Shown here piece after piece: positions 50,039-61,900 of a stretch of DNA of 64,000 nt (the stretch's first letter is position 1; the number at the start of each line of letters is the position of its first letter). The translations under genes and the position numbers were made by a program. The stretch covers positions 126,825 through 190,824 of the forward strand of contig NW_003314292.1 of the NCBI RefSeq assembly GCF_000143415.4, in the 5' to 3' direction. A model generated the notes under the pieces. The model was not told the DNA's origin. It searched no databases and saw only the letters and a program-made list of their open reading frames with translations. The DNA comes from Selaginella moellendorffii (lineage: Eukaryota > Plantae > Lycopodiophyta).

Positions 50039-50911
50039 TTAGCATTGAGTGTTTGTTTCCCACGATTTTATATTTGGGGATATTGAGGAATATAATACTA
50101 ATTTGCAATTATTTTGCAAACTAAGAAAAGTTGGTGTAATACAATTTGGTTGTGGTGTACAATATATATTTATTGACCATTCAACTATATTTTTTTCTGA
50201 ATACAATACCAAATTACCATCATTTTGTAATCTCAAATAACATGGTGTAACAATTTTTTTTATAGTGAAAGTTTGCCATAGCTTATATTCTCCTTTATAT
50301 AAAATTAAATTGCAATTTAAATGTAAAAATAAGAAAACTTTTGAATTTGGGGATGATAAGTATTCATTTGTTAATAAAGTATGATGAGGTTTATTTTTAG
50401 AACCACTATATAGAGTACTTTTAAATATATTACAATCCATAAGAGATTGGAAAGTTATTATGTTGTTAATAATGTTATCTGGTTCAGATGAACCATCACG
50501 GCTATAATAAATTTGATGTGATTTACTTGTTATAATTGCATAATTTGCAGCTGCTTGTAAAATTTTAAAAGAGTATTGAGCTAATAAATTTCTCAACCCC
50601 TCATAAATTGTATGCCCTTTTATTATTTTATTTGTACTTCCACTTGATGCACAGTTTTGAGATTTTCCAGTAAATCTTGATAATTTTATAACTACTACTC
50701 CTATTGATAAAGGTATTGTAATAGCATGTGACCAAGTTTCTGAAAAATCATCTTTTCTACCAATATTTGAGATAATTTCATCTATAGCATTTATTATTGT
50801 TTGCATATCAATACCACTTGTGCTTCCTTCAAATCCAAATTCGAGTATGGTACCTTGGATTTCCAAAGGAACTACCAAAGAAATTAACATATAAATAAGG
50901 TGCCTCACCAT
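50039..50911 (-). CDS. Secreted protein (~290 aa): signal peptide + unknown ~160-aa domain + bulb-type (GNA/B) lectin domain
   Basis: Open intronless frame from ATG 50911. Hydrophobic N-terminus MVRHLIYMLISLVVPLEIQG. B-lectin repeats LHLNCNLILY, canonical QNDGNLVLY (QxDxNxVxY) and QNNCKLVLY, plus WQT, WSIN and WETNT. Confidence 0.82.
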   Translation of the reverse strand: MVRHLIYMLISLVVPLEIQGTILEFGFEGSTSGIDMQTIINAIDEIISNIGRKDDFSETWSHAITIPLSIGVVVIKLSRFTGKSQNCASSGSTNKIIKGHTIYEGLRNLLAQYSFKILQAAANYAIITSKSHQIYYSRDGSSEPDNIINNIITFQSLMDCNIFKSTLYSGSKNKPHHTLLTNEYLSSPNSKVFLFLHLNCNLILYKGEYKLWQTFTIKKIVTPCYLRLQNDGNLVLYSEKNIVEWSINIYCTPQPNCITPTFLSLQNNCKLVLYSSISPNIKSWETNTQC

Positions 50912-50999
50912 TATAAAGTCCACAATTAAAAGTTAATTAGAAACATCTCTAACCCTAAAGAGATTATGTCATTTTGTTATTGCAATAAAGCTGAAATGC

Positions 51000-51155
51000 T
51001 TGGAGACGTGGGTTTGCCACGATAGTTCCATTGTCTCCTTGGTCTTTATGTTTCTTCTGGATTAAGTGAAGAGACGTCCAAGCCTCCTTTCCCGTACACG
51101 TTGGTCTGGATGACGTACGGCACGAATTTAATCTACGTGGCACCCGACGTGGCAG
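51000..51155 (-). promoter_or_regulatory. Cluster of ACGT-core elements including two ABRE-like ACGTGGC sites, upstream of the lectin gene
   Basis: GACGTGG (~51006), GACGTC, CACGTT, TGACGTA, TACGTGGC (~51134) and GACGTGGC (~51145) within ~150 bp. Confidence 0.5.
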
Positions 51156-51204
51156 GGGGAAGACCCATCAACATATCAGTAATCACTCCAGCCCTTTCGC
51201 ACCA

Positions 51205-51430
51205 CTTTGCTGGAGAGTAACGTCGTCCAAGCAAGAGCTTGCAGCGTTGGCGTCTGGAAAGATCCCGTAGTCGCCACTCATCGACACCAAGAACTCGTAG
51301 CCAGGTATGAGCAGCCCTCCACTGGCTGCATGCGTGAGGGATGGTATCAAAGCTGGGAGCTATACCCTTCAAGGAAAATGAGCCGCAATCGCGTCCGAGG
51401 AGATTGAATCCTTTTCCAAAAGACCGCTGG
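51205..51430 (-). pseudogene. Deleted copy of the 3' part of the neighbouring PPR gene
   Basis: Co-linear with ~45555-45915, with several internal deletions. Confidence 0.85.
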
Positions 51431-52159
51431 GAGTTAAAATTAGATTACAATTGAAGTTCCAAATTCGATGGCGGTGGTGGCAGCGGCGCTGCGGGCAGTG
51501 GGCGGGTGGGCGGGCGGTGCTGGGCTGGGTGGCCTGTGAGGCTATCACTGTTGCTTATGACTATGACTATGACTATCACACCAAAATGCAGCTGCGTCGG
51601 AACACCATGTCGAAGGAGATGGCATTGAGCTGCTTGGAGCAAATCACTTGTCAAGGCGTTGTCAAAACTCCTTCCGAGTACGTGTGTACACTGAGAAACA
51701 AACCAGAGCTCAGCAGTCACACGAACCTGATCAAGTAGCAAATCATCAAGGAGAAAAGTGGATCATCGGCATGCATCCAAGCTTTCAAAGTGGCCACCAT
51801 TCCCACCAGGTTTGATCGTCTCGCCTCGCACCACTGCAACGACAATGTAAATCACTAATCGATGCAAACCGCTTCACTATCTGCATATCGAGGCACTAAG
51901 TCGAACGAGAAAGAAAAAAGAAGAAAAACTCACCTGAGATCAATCGCTTGCAAGCGAGCATGTTTCCAACAACACATAGAATTCCTATAAAATGCTGGAT
52001 GGAGAAACACGAGCTGAATCAATAGAACAATCGAAGAGCAACTGTAAGAACGAACATACTCACTAGCCATACGTTGCCTGGTTTCTCTCCTTAGAGTTGA
52101 GCCAGTAAACTTGAGCGCCTTTTCTCCTGCAATACTGCCGGAGTTCCCAGTTTTCAAGA

Positions 52160-52391
52160 TGAAAGAACTCCTTCAATGCCGTTGGTGGACATGCTACAAG
52201 GACAAACACATCACACTACTCAAAGAGAGTAAAACTTGACTGGTATCTAGACATACCTCAGGAAAGTTTAGGATTTGGCTTCCCGACTGCAAAAGTGTAT
52301 GACTTCTTTCTTGCGCTCTTCACCATTTTCTACAGGTCCAGCTGCCAGGTGTTAGAGAAATGCCAACTAACATCAAGCGATTAAATAGTAC
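52160..52391 (-). pseudogene. DPH2: Diphthamide biosynthesis protein 2-like gene fragment (retains an intron)
   Basis: Translates RYYL..VGI..MVKSARKKSYTFAVGKPNPKL..PE, then a GT-AG intron (52256-52216), then CDVFVLVACPPTALKEFF. This matches the DPH2 signature GKPNPAKLANFPE-CDVFVxxxCxxTALLDSKEF, with small deletions. Confidence 0.75.
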
Positions 52392-52689
52392 CTAGAACCA
52401 AAGTCGATATTGAAATCAGGCGAATAAAAGGCTTCGTAACTTCGCCACAAAGTCAAGCTCTAACTGGACATGCGATCACAGGATTATATCTCACAAGAAC
52501 AAACTCCATGTAATTCTAGAGAGATTGAGGGAATGAGGAACTTTACTGGTCGGATCGCATCCACATAGTACCAAAATTGATTAGCGGCAGAAAGAATCCA
52601 GAGGACGAGCGCGATGCGATCGGGAATGCGCATTCCAGCCACCGATCAGCAAGCGCCACAGCAGAGCGTCATTGCGCCATCGATCACAC

Positions 52690-52990
52690 CAGAGCTCATA
52701 TAGCTCGAGCGCTTGTGTGTTATACCCAGCATTGTGGTTGTTCCTCCTCTGCATTGCATCGAAGATGGATCTAGCAGGCTCGAGCTCCCCACACTTGGCG
52801 TAGAGATCCACCAGAGACATTCCAACGAGCTCGACCATCCCAGTGGAAGCAACTCGAGCATGGATAGACTTGCCACTCTCCAAGTCTCGCAGCTCCGAGC
52901 ATGCCTCGAGAACGCTCGAGAAAGTAAAGCTATCTGGCTGGGCTCCCTTAAGACACATCCTTGGAGAGCTTCCCAACTGTGCCCAAAATT
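52690..52990 (-). pseudogene. Deleted copy of the middle of the neighbouring PPR gene
   Basis: Near-identical to ~46100-46445 (FTFSSVLEACSELRDLESGKSIHARVASTGMVE...DLYAKCGELEPA), with deletions. Confidence 0.9.
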
Positions 52991-53316
52991 TGCCAGGATT
53001 TGCCTAATCCAGGCATTTTCTCAACATATGGCCATAAGTTCTTGTCACAATCATGTTGTTGGCCTGGATGAACTACTGGGTGCTAACAAGCAAAACCTAG
53101 TAAGATTGACCAATGTTTGTTCTTCGCAATGTGATGTCTCCAAACATCACACCTACCTCTTTATTTTTTTTTCCACTTTGTTTTCTAGAGTTTCTATTAT
53201 TTCATGCAGCTACTAGCATTTGACATCAGTAGCAGAGGTACACTCTACACTCTTTGGAGGGTTTTTGGGTGTTTGGAGCCAGCATGATCCACCGTGGTTG
53301 CATGTTAGGGTGTGGC

Positions 53317-53317
<1 letters not shown>

Positions 53318-53349
<32 letters not shown>
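53318..53349. repeat. (GA)n microsatellite
   Basis: Uninterrupted AG run. Confidence 0.9.
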
Positions 53350-53352
<3 letters not shown>

Positions 53353-54213
53353 ATTCTGGTCCTCAGAATATTCCCCATCTTCCTTGTATAAAACCCTTGC
53401 CCCACAAGGGCAAGGAGGGGCATTTTTGTGAAGAGCATTGAAGCATTTTTAATGTTTGAGCAAGCGTTGGGGAGGGTGCCCCTCCTTCCTCCAATAGTTG
53501 TCGCGAATGTGACTTCAGGTATCAAAAGATACTTGTCGGCCAGTCCTTACAAACATTCTTTCCTTACTGCCATAACGGCAGAAGGTCAGTACTACTAGTT
53601 CCCTTCAGAAGCCCCTCTTATCCAAGTGTTAACTTACTGGGCTTAGCACCTATACTTAGTCAAATGAACATAAGGTAGGAACTTCTATGTGTTTCTAGCT
53701 GAGCATTCTCGGCCTGGCTCTTAGTTCTCTTTTGCTCTGTCTTACACTAGCTTGGCAAGAACACTAGTCCCTCAATATTGCCAGATGATAACTTACTGTG
53801 TCTACCAAACACCCTCGCTATCACACCTTTTGTGTTAGTCTTGTTTTGGCTCCAAATGCTAATTATGGAAAGTGTCTAAATTTGTTCGTTTGGCATATCT
53901 ACAGAATGTAGAGGTTGGCTTGAACATAATGGTGTTCATCTCATGTTCAAATTCACAATCTAAGGACATTCCATATTTAATAAGTTTTGAGCTTGTCCCA
54001 GAGACTAATTCCTAGTACTAAAGGAGGCTTGGGGTGAAAGCCCAAAGCATGTGTTCCTCTCAGCGGGGGGGGGGGGGGGGCTATGGGGGTTTCAAATGTA
54101 TAGTAAGGATAGTGGTTGAAATGCATATCCAACTACCTGAGACTTTAGTTTGGCTCCTATTGGGCTATATCGCTCCTTGTTCTACGTCCGGCTTGGGTCT
54201 AAGCCCAAGCTCC

Positions 54214-54805
54214 TGTAAGCTTCTGAGTTTGGACTTCCGGGAGGTCACCCAACCCAGTACTATTCAAACCCAAGGACACTTAACCCCAAATATCCCAAAA
54301 CCCTTAACTGATTGGAAAAGGGGGTGCACTTTTATTCATGGGCCCTTTCCGTCTATATTTTAACCTCATGAATTGTCTCTCGAGTCGTTCCCTTTGGTTG
54401 CTTACAATCCACCACACTTCCCTGCAAGTTCATGCCCTCATGAACGGAAGCTGAGAGCTGCAGCCCTCCTAAGAGCCCCGCTCTCTTGACACCCTACCCC
54501 TCGGGTCGAGCCCAACAGGAGCAAACTGGACTAGCCAGATGTCAATCAACATGTGGTGCGATTCCCTTAGCCAACCAACAGAGTCAGACCCGAGACCGCT
54601 CTGATACCAAATGTAAACTCCTGAGTTTGGACTTCCCGGGAGGTCACCCAACCCAGTACTATTCAAACCCAAGGACGCTTAACCCCAAGTATCCCAAGAC
54701 CCTTAACCGATTGGAAAAGGGGGTGCACTTTTATTCATGGGCCCTTTCCCTCTATATTTTAACCTCATAGACCGTCTCTCGAGTCATTCCCTTTGGTTGC
54801 TTACA
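54214..54805 (-). mobile_element. Intact Cassandra TRIM (592 bp)
   Basis: LTRs 54214-54406 and 54612-54805 with 5S core. PBS TGGTATCAGAGC, PPT GGGAAGTGTGGTGGAT, perfect TSD GCTCC. Confidence 0.96.
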
Positions 54806-55242
54806 GCTCCATGCTGCTTTAGTTGGTGGGGTACCCTCCTCCTCATGTTAGGCCACTGCTATGCCAAAATTGTGCTAGAGTCTATCTGATACCATTTTGC
54901 ATGTAGGTGCTAGATATGGGGAGCTGGTGCTCATGGGGTTGTACCGGACCCTTGTTTCGTAGCACAATGTTACTTGGAGTTTGGCTCCAAATTCAGGTGT
55001 GCTACATTTGATATCAGAGAAATTGTCTCAACAATTCTTATCTAACTTTTGTCAGATTTTCTGACTTAAGTTGCATATGCAAAGACTTTTCTATTAGATC
55101 CGAAGTGACCTATATAGGATTAGTTGGATTGCACCATTCAGTAAAAATGTTGTATGCATGTTTAATTACTGATAGAGGCATGCATGCAGCTAGTGGGATG
55201 GCAAAATAGAACCGTGTTGATGACGTTGAAACCTTTAGATAG

Positions 55243-58200
55243 TGTAGCGCATGTGATCATGGGATGAGATTTGGATATACTGTCACCGTGGATCCTTGGA
55301 ACCTTGGGAGATAAATGGGGATAAAATAGCCACTAAGGGCTCTCTCATCAAGCAATTGCCCCTTTTCCAGTTGGCTTAAGGGGAGAGAGATAAGGTGCGC
55401 TACATTTGGTATCAGAGAGGATGAGTCTCAGCGAGTACTATTCAATGAGATTGGGCAACTAGTCTTGTTGCATACGCAGAGATGAAAACGATGATCCAAG
55501 TGGGTACATGTTTGGGTGCAAAGACTTCGCAATCGTTCCTTGGGTATGGATTCGGTTACCTTCTTGTACCGTAATTATGTGAGCTTGCTCTTGGGCTCAT
55601 AAGATGGATTTGAGTTGTTCCAGTAGCACGAGTTTGCGCTTGGGCTCGTGAGTGAGGCGCATTAGCAACTCGAGGTTACACTTTGAGTTGGCAAGATTAA
55701 TGTTAGCCTATCGGTGGTTCCATGAGTTGTTCCATGTACCATGGGTGAAAGCAAACTTTCCCTGAGTTTGCTATGAGTGGCAAATAGGCTAGTCCATAGC
55801 TGTTTAGCACGGCACTAGTGAATCCTTCCTAGGCATGATTATAATTGGATCAATCAAGACTGTAGGGAATAGTCTATTGGTTCAAGTGATCATTGCCGTG
55901 CTCTCTCATAAACTTTTCTTGGATTGAACTGAAGGCAGTGCGAAAGCAAGCTTGAGGTTTGGTCAAAGATGAGACCGAAAAGAGAGGCATCGGGGACGGA
56001 GGATCAAAGACGTAAATCATGTTCTCTTCTTGAAGAGATGATTTGCAACGAGGTGTGACTCATTGCTCGTGTTCACATTATGCAATCAAGAGTCCCTACC
56101 TTGATGCATGTTGGAGATGGTGGTCTTACAAGTGGTGAGTTATGGGATGGATAGTGGTGAAACACTAAACCATTTTGTCTAGGCTCGCTATTGGAAGACT
56201 TGGGTTGCAATGCTCAATTCTTTTCCGGGGAACCTTGCTATTGCTCCTTGAGTAGCTTGGTGTTGGATTAGTGTTGAGTTTGGTCGGAAAGAGAGTGGCA
56301 TGAGCTTGTTCGTGTTGTGAACAAAAGTTAGTGGTGTTGGGTGTCGTAAACCTCTATTGGTGGAGTGTGGCATTTATGTTGCATTTTGTCGAATCGAGTT
56401 GGCATTTGATATTCACATGAACGTTTGAAGTAATGACATAAGCCTTGCTCATTGCGTTACTCAATTGATGATCAAGTCATTGTGATTTATATCATATCCA
56501 TGTGATAATGAGCAATGTGTTTACGAAGTTGCTTGGGTAAATGATGATCAACCCCAAAGTGGTTGATGGAGAAGCTAGTCTACTTGCATGAAGTAGCATT
56601 GTAGTAGCTTTGACTGGATTCTCAATGGTGGTCCATTATGCTAAGCTTATGTTGGTACCTTGTTTCCTTAAGGGTTTGCCCATAAGGTGTTGGGAATGGG
56701 TTGTAGCATTCATTTGTTATAGCTCATCTGTTGATCCGTTAGCACTTGGAGTAGATTATTGGATGGAGAAGGTGTGAGGTTGACGCATTGACATCACTAG
56801 CACTTGTGTTAGTGGAAGTGGCATTGTTATTTTAAGTGATGAGGAATTTTCCTTGGACCTTGATTTTTCATGTCATTTTTTCTTGTTAATGTTTTGGCTT
56901 CACATTGGATCTTGAAAGTGATTGAAGAAGAGTGTTAGTGCAATGTGGATATCCGATGATGTGGTCTTTGTGATCAAGCCTTGGATGCTCATTTTGCACT
57001 TTGCGGATGTCGGTGTTGGATGTCGGTTATATGGGCAAAGATGTTCGATGCTTAAGCATGTTGTTCGATCATGAGAATTTGTGTTGAAGTGAGCCTATGT
57101 GAAGTTGTTGGTAGGAGGAAGTTGGTTGAGTCTTGAAAGTTTGCAATCCTGGACTGAGAGTCATTCTTTCTCTAGGATGGAAATTTTCCACAAATTTTCT
57201 TAGACTTTTCCAATGGCTGATCTATTGATCATTTTGTCCGAAAACCATTCCATTTTTCGAAAGCCAGTACAAACTAGTGAAGGGGTTGGAGTTGACTTTG
57301 GTTAACTTAGACCTGTAGCTGACTATAGTCTTGTAGTGTATTGCGGACCTGAAAGGGATGCTGACTTTTGGGGCTAAGGCAATTGAGTTGGATAGAGTCT
57401 AGAGTTGATATAGAAAAGTGGCCGTTGCACTTTTCTCAGAAAGGTGACCCTTGTACCTTTCTTTTGTAGCGTTATGCTTGGTGGCAGGTTGCACCTTGCA
57501 TTACGTTAGACTCTATGAGAGTAGTGAGCTCTCACTAATCTTGACTTGGTCTTGGTGGCCATGCGCCTTGGCTGAGGATGGTGATGTCCAATTTAGTTGT
57601 TTGAGGTTGCGATGTTGGTACCCGTACTATAGCTTTGTCTATGAGGAGGTTGTGTACCGATATGAGTCCATCTCATGGTCTTCACTTTAGTTTCGACTGA
57701 GTGTTGATCACATAGCTAGCCTCTTCAAGGCATGCTCAGAGCTATTGACTAAATGCATTAATGAGCTTATGGCGGTTGAGTTGGATTCGAGTGGTCATTT
57801 GATTTGTGCTTGTTTATGAACTTTTATCTCGTACCTGGGGTATTATGTTCATGTTGGACAAGTATGTAACTCGATGACATGAGTTGGTGTTTGGGTCTTG
57901 TGAACGCAAGTTGAGGAGTGATTGTTAGTTGCTTTGCGACTAGTGATTACTTGTAGACTTTATCAAGGACCATTGACACTTGCTTTACTCGATGATGATT
58001 TAGCAGTGATGGGCTTGCTTTACCGGATGGTATTGCGGAGGATCATGTCGTTAGACTTACATGAGTTTTTCATGTTGGCTTGTCGACTCTACCTCTGTTG
58101 ATATCATTTGGTTACGTCTAGTCCGTAGTGTTGGATTTTATTGAGTCTTGGACGTGGTGAATCACTCCTTGATGATGTGTATCTGAAACTGAGTATTGCT

Positions 58201-58898
58201 GAAGGATTGGTCTTGGATACACACTAAGGTATCTTCGACTGTGGTTAGCTTGGTTGCTGGAAAGCTCCGAGTGGTGATTCACTCATGCTTTCTTTTAGCT
58301 TTGTTTTGGTGTTGATGGCATTGAAGTGATGCCTTGTCATTGATATTGTTGATATTAAGACTTGAGTGAAATGAAATGTCTTTCCTTAAGATTGATATTG
58401 AGTTTCATTAGTCCTGATGATAATAGTGTTGATGATTTGGCTTTAGCTTTGTGTTGTTGGCATTCATGCATTTGCTAGTTAGCAACTATATTGACGTTCA
58501 AATGAACTGAGTGGCAAGTTGAGTTAGTTGTGTTCTAGATGAGATTGTTTAGTAAGGGTTAAGCTTTGGCTTTTCCTTGAAAAGTGATTTAGTCGTGGAC
58601 TATGCTAACTTTAAGAGATGATGTGTTAGTGATTGATATTGAAGTGATTGAATCCTTGTTGGGTTTGAATTGAGATATATCAATCATTGATGATTCGTCT
58701 TGCGCTTGTTATGAAGTGCATTACGTCTGGTTATGTTGTAGCGCATGTGATCATGGGATGAGATTTGGATATACTGTCACCGTGGATCCTTGGAACCTTA
58801 GGAGATAAATGGGGATAAAATAGCCACTAAGGGCTCTCTCATCAAGCAATTGCCCCTTTTCCAGTTGGCTTAAGGGGAGAGAGATAAGGTGCGCTACA
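55243..58898 (+). mobile_element. Recent non-autonomous LTR element (LARD-like): 162-bp LTR family B + 3.3-kb non-coding domain X
   Basis: LTRs 55243-55404 and 58737-58898 (one difference seen), TSD GATAG, PBS TTTGGTATCAGAG, no long ORF. Confidence 0.95.
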
Positions 58899-58903
58899 GA
58901 TAG

Positions 58904-61900
58904 GCAAATTGAGAGGAGGAAACTCTTGCTAGAGATGCTACAAAGGAGGCTGAGGCTGAGTCAGAAGAGGAAGAGCCAGATGCTATGGCACTATAGCATA
59001 CAGCTCAAGAAGTTGAGATCAAGAATTTGCAAAGGGAGATTCACAAATTGAAGAAAGAGAACAAGAAGAGGAAGAAGAAAGCTGAGGCAACTAAACCAGC
59101 TAAACCTAAGCAACCAGACTCTTCTTCAAATTTTAAGGATGATGAAGTTCTATAGCCACCCCCGGTTGCATGAGTTTCTAAGTTCAAGCCTCCGAAACCA
59201 CCCAATTTTAGAGGCATGCAGGACTATCAAGTTTTGGAAGACTGGGTCTACGATATAGAAAATTATTTTATAGTTGCAGATGTAGATGATCATACAAAAG
59301 TTGCATGCGCGCAATCCTTTCTCACCGATCATGCCAAAACTTGGTGGTGCCAAGTGTGTGTTGAAAAAGGGCAGACTAGAAGTTGGACCAAGATGCGGTC
59401 TTGTATTCATAAGGAATGCTTGCCGGATGATCTTGGTTTGATTCTTCGCGTGGAACTGCGGTGGTTAAAGCAGCGAGGGAACTTCATGCATTATGTTAAT
59501 GCATTTGCTTAGAAGCGCATTATGATTGCAAATATGAGTGATGAAGATGCTCGAAGTTATTTCCTAGAAGGTTTAGGTTCACTTTCTCGTAATGAGATTT
59601 TGAAGTTTAAGCCGAAGACGTACCTGGAATGTAAGGAGGTAGTGCAGCAAGTTGCCTTTAGCCATTCACTCATGGAACAATATCAACAGCCATATGCTAG
59701 TACCTCGGAAAAGAATAAGAATTTTGGGAATAAACAAGGTGACCGGAAACAGAGGGTGGAAGGCAAGTTCCGCCTTGGAGGTTCACAAGCTAACAAAGGT
59801 GGTGGTGGTTGGAGACCACCAGCAGTTTTTTCTGGCCCTAGGCCCTCTGTTCCTCCTCTTCGTAGGTACAAGCAGCAGCAACCTGCAAAACCTACTTCTA
59901 GTAAAATGGGTAGTGTGGGTCTTTGCTTCCATTGTGGAGAGTCAGGACATATGTCCTCAGAATGTCCCAACAAGCATAAGACAAGGTCTCATGTTAATGT
60001 CAGGAGGGAAGACTGTGGTGGTGAAGCTGAAGGGGTTGACGAGTTGGTCAATGCAGACAATGAGGAAGAGGAGGTGAGTTACTTTTGTTGCTTTCCTCAA
60101 ACTTTTCTCGCAGTCAATGCAAACACTGATCTGTTGATGTATCTGGTAGGCTTTGTCCACGGATACTGAATTCAAGTGATGATTGACATGGGAGCTACGC
60201 ACAGCGTGATATCTAAAGACTTAGTTAAGTTGTTAGGATTGAATGCTGAGCAAATGTTGCCTATGCACTTCTGGTTTGCAGAAAGTGGGCAAGTAGCCAA
60301 AAAATTTGTGAGTGATGTTCCAATAAAAATATCCAAGTGGAAAGAAAGAGTGGACTTGGTAGTGTTGAAGATACCAGATTTTCATATGGTGTTTGGTATA
60401 GACTTCTTCAACAAATACATAAAAGGGATTTATGGTGCTAGATAAAGTCGTATCACTTTGAAGTCCGAAGGACATCTCGATGTGTCCTTCTAGTTGCAAA
60501 AGCGTTCCTCAAAGGATTGGGATGCAAAGTTCTTGACTATGAGGGCCGCTTGAAAAGCAGATAAGAGGGGATGTCAAACCTTTTAGGTTCAAGTGATGGA
60601 AGCTGAGGGTGTAGGTGACTCAATTCGAATCAGTGACGGAGTTGATACTGTACCAAAGAAGATATTGGAGTTGTTGGCAAGGAATCAGGATATCTTTCCG
60701 AAGGATTTACCACCAGGGCTACCTTCTATCCTTGAGGTTGATCATCGGATTGAGGTTATTCCAAGTTTTAAACCATCTATGAAAGCTCCATATCAATTGA
60801 ACATTAAGGAGATGGTTGAACTCAAGAAGCAACTCATGGAGCTTCTTGACAAAGATCATATCCGACCAAGCAAGTCACCTTATGGAGTGCCAGTCCTTTT
60901 TCTTATGAAAAAGGATGGAACCATGAGGATGTGTATTGACTATCGGGCATTCAACAAGATCATGGTTAAAAACAGTTATCCTTTGCCTCGCATTGATGAC
61001 TTATTTGACCAACTCTTAAAGGCTAAGTATTTTACGTGACTTGATTTGTGGTCTGGGTATCATCAGATATGGGTGGTGAATCAAGATGTGGAGAAGACAA
61101 CCTTTAAGACTTGGTACGGATCTTATGAGTTCCTTGTTATGCCGTTTGGTTTATGCAATGCTTTGGCAACATTCAGCACTATGATGGATAGAATATTTGG
61201 AGATTATTTGGACACATTTGTTGTCCTATACATCAACAATATTCTAGTCTTCAGTGAAATGTTGAAGGATCATTTGAAACACTTGGAGCTGGTGTTTCAG
61301 AAGTTACACAAATACAAATTGTATGCTAAGGAAAGTAAATGTGCTTTTGGACAATTGCGCGTAAACTTTCTTGGACATATAGTTGGTGATGGCGTAATTG
61401 AGGTCAATCCAAAGAAGGTGGAAGTAGTAAAGTCCTAGGATGTCCTGACCACTGTATTAGATGTTCGTTCCTTTCTTGGTTTGGCGTGATACTATTGTAA
61501 GTTTGTCTGCAATTTTGCAAGAATTGCTCTTCCGCTGACTGAGTTGATGAAGAGTAGTATTCCGTTTCATTGGACACCAGCTTGTCAACGTGCTTTTGTA
61601 CAGTTGAAGGAGATGTTGACTATGGTTCCTGTTCTCAGGATCCGAAATCTTGATAAACCCTTCGAAGTGCATTGTGATGCATCTAGCTATGCTATTGGTG
61701 CTGTGTTATAGCAAGATTGTGACAAAGTGGTTGGTGTTACGCTAAGGCAACATGGTTGTCCCGTTGCATTCTATTCTAAGAAATTGGATGAAACTTAACA
61801 AAAATGGCTAACGTATGAGAAAGAGATGTTTGCTATAGTGTCGGCCCTAGAACATTGGAGATATTACTTGGGTGGGCACACCAACATTTATACAGATAGT

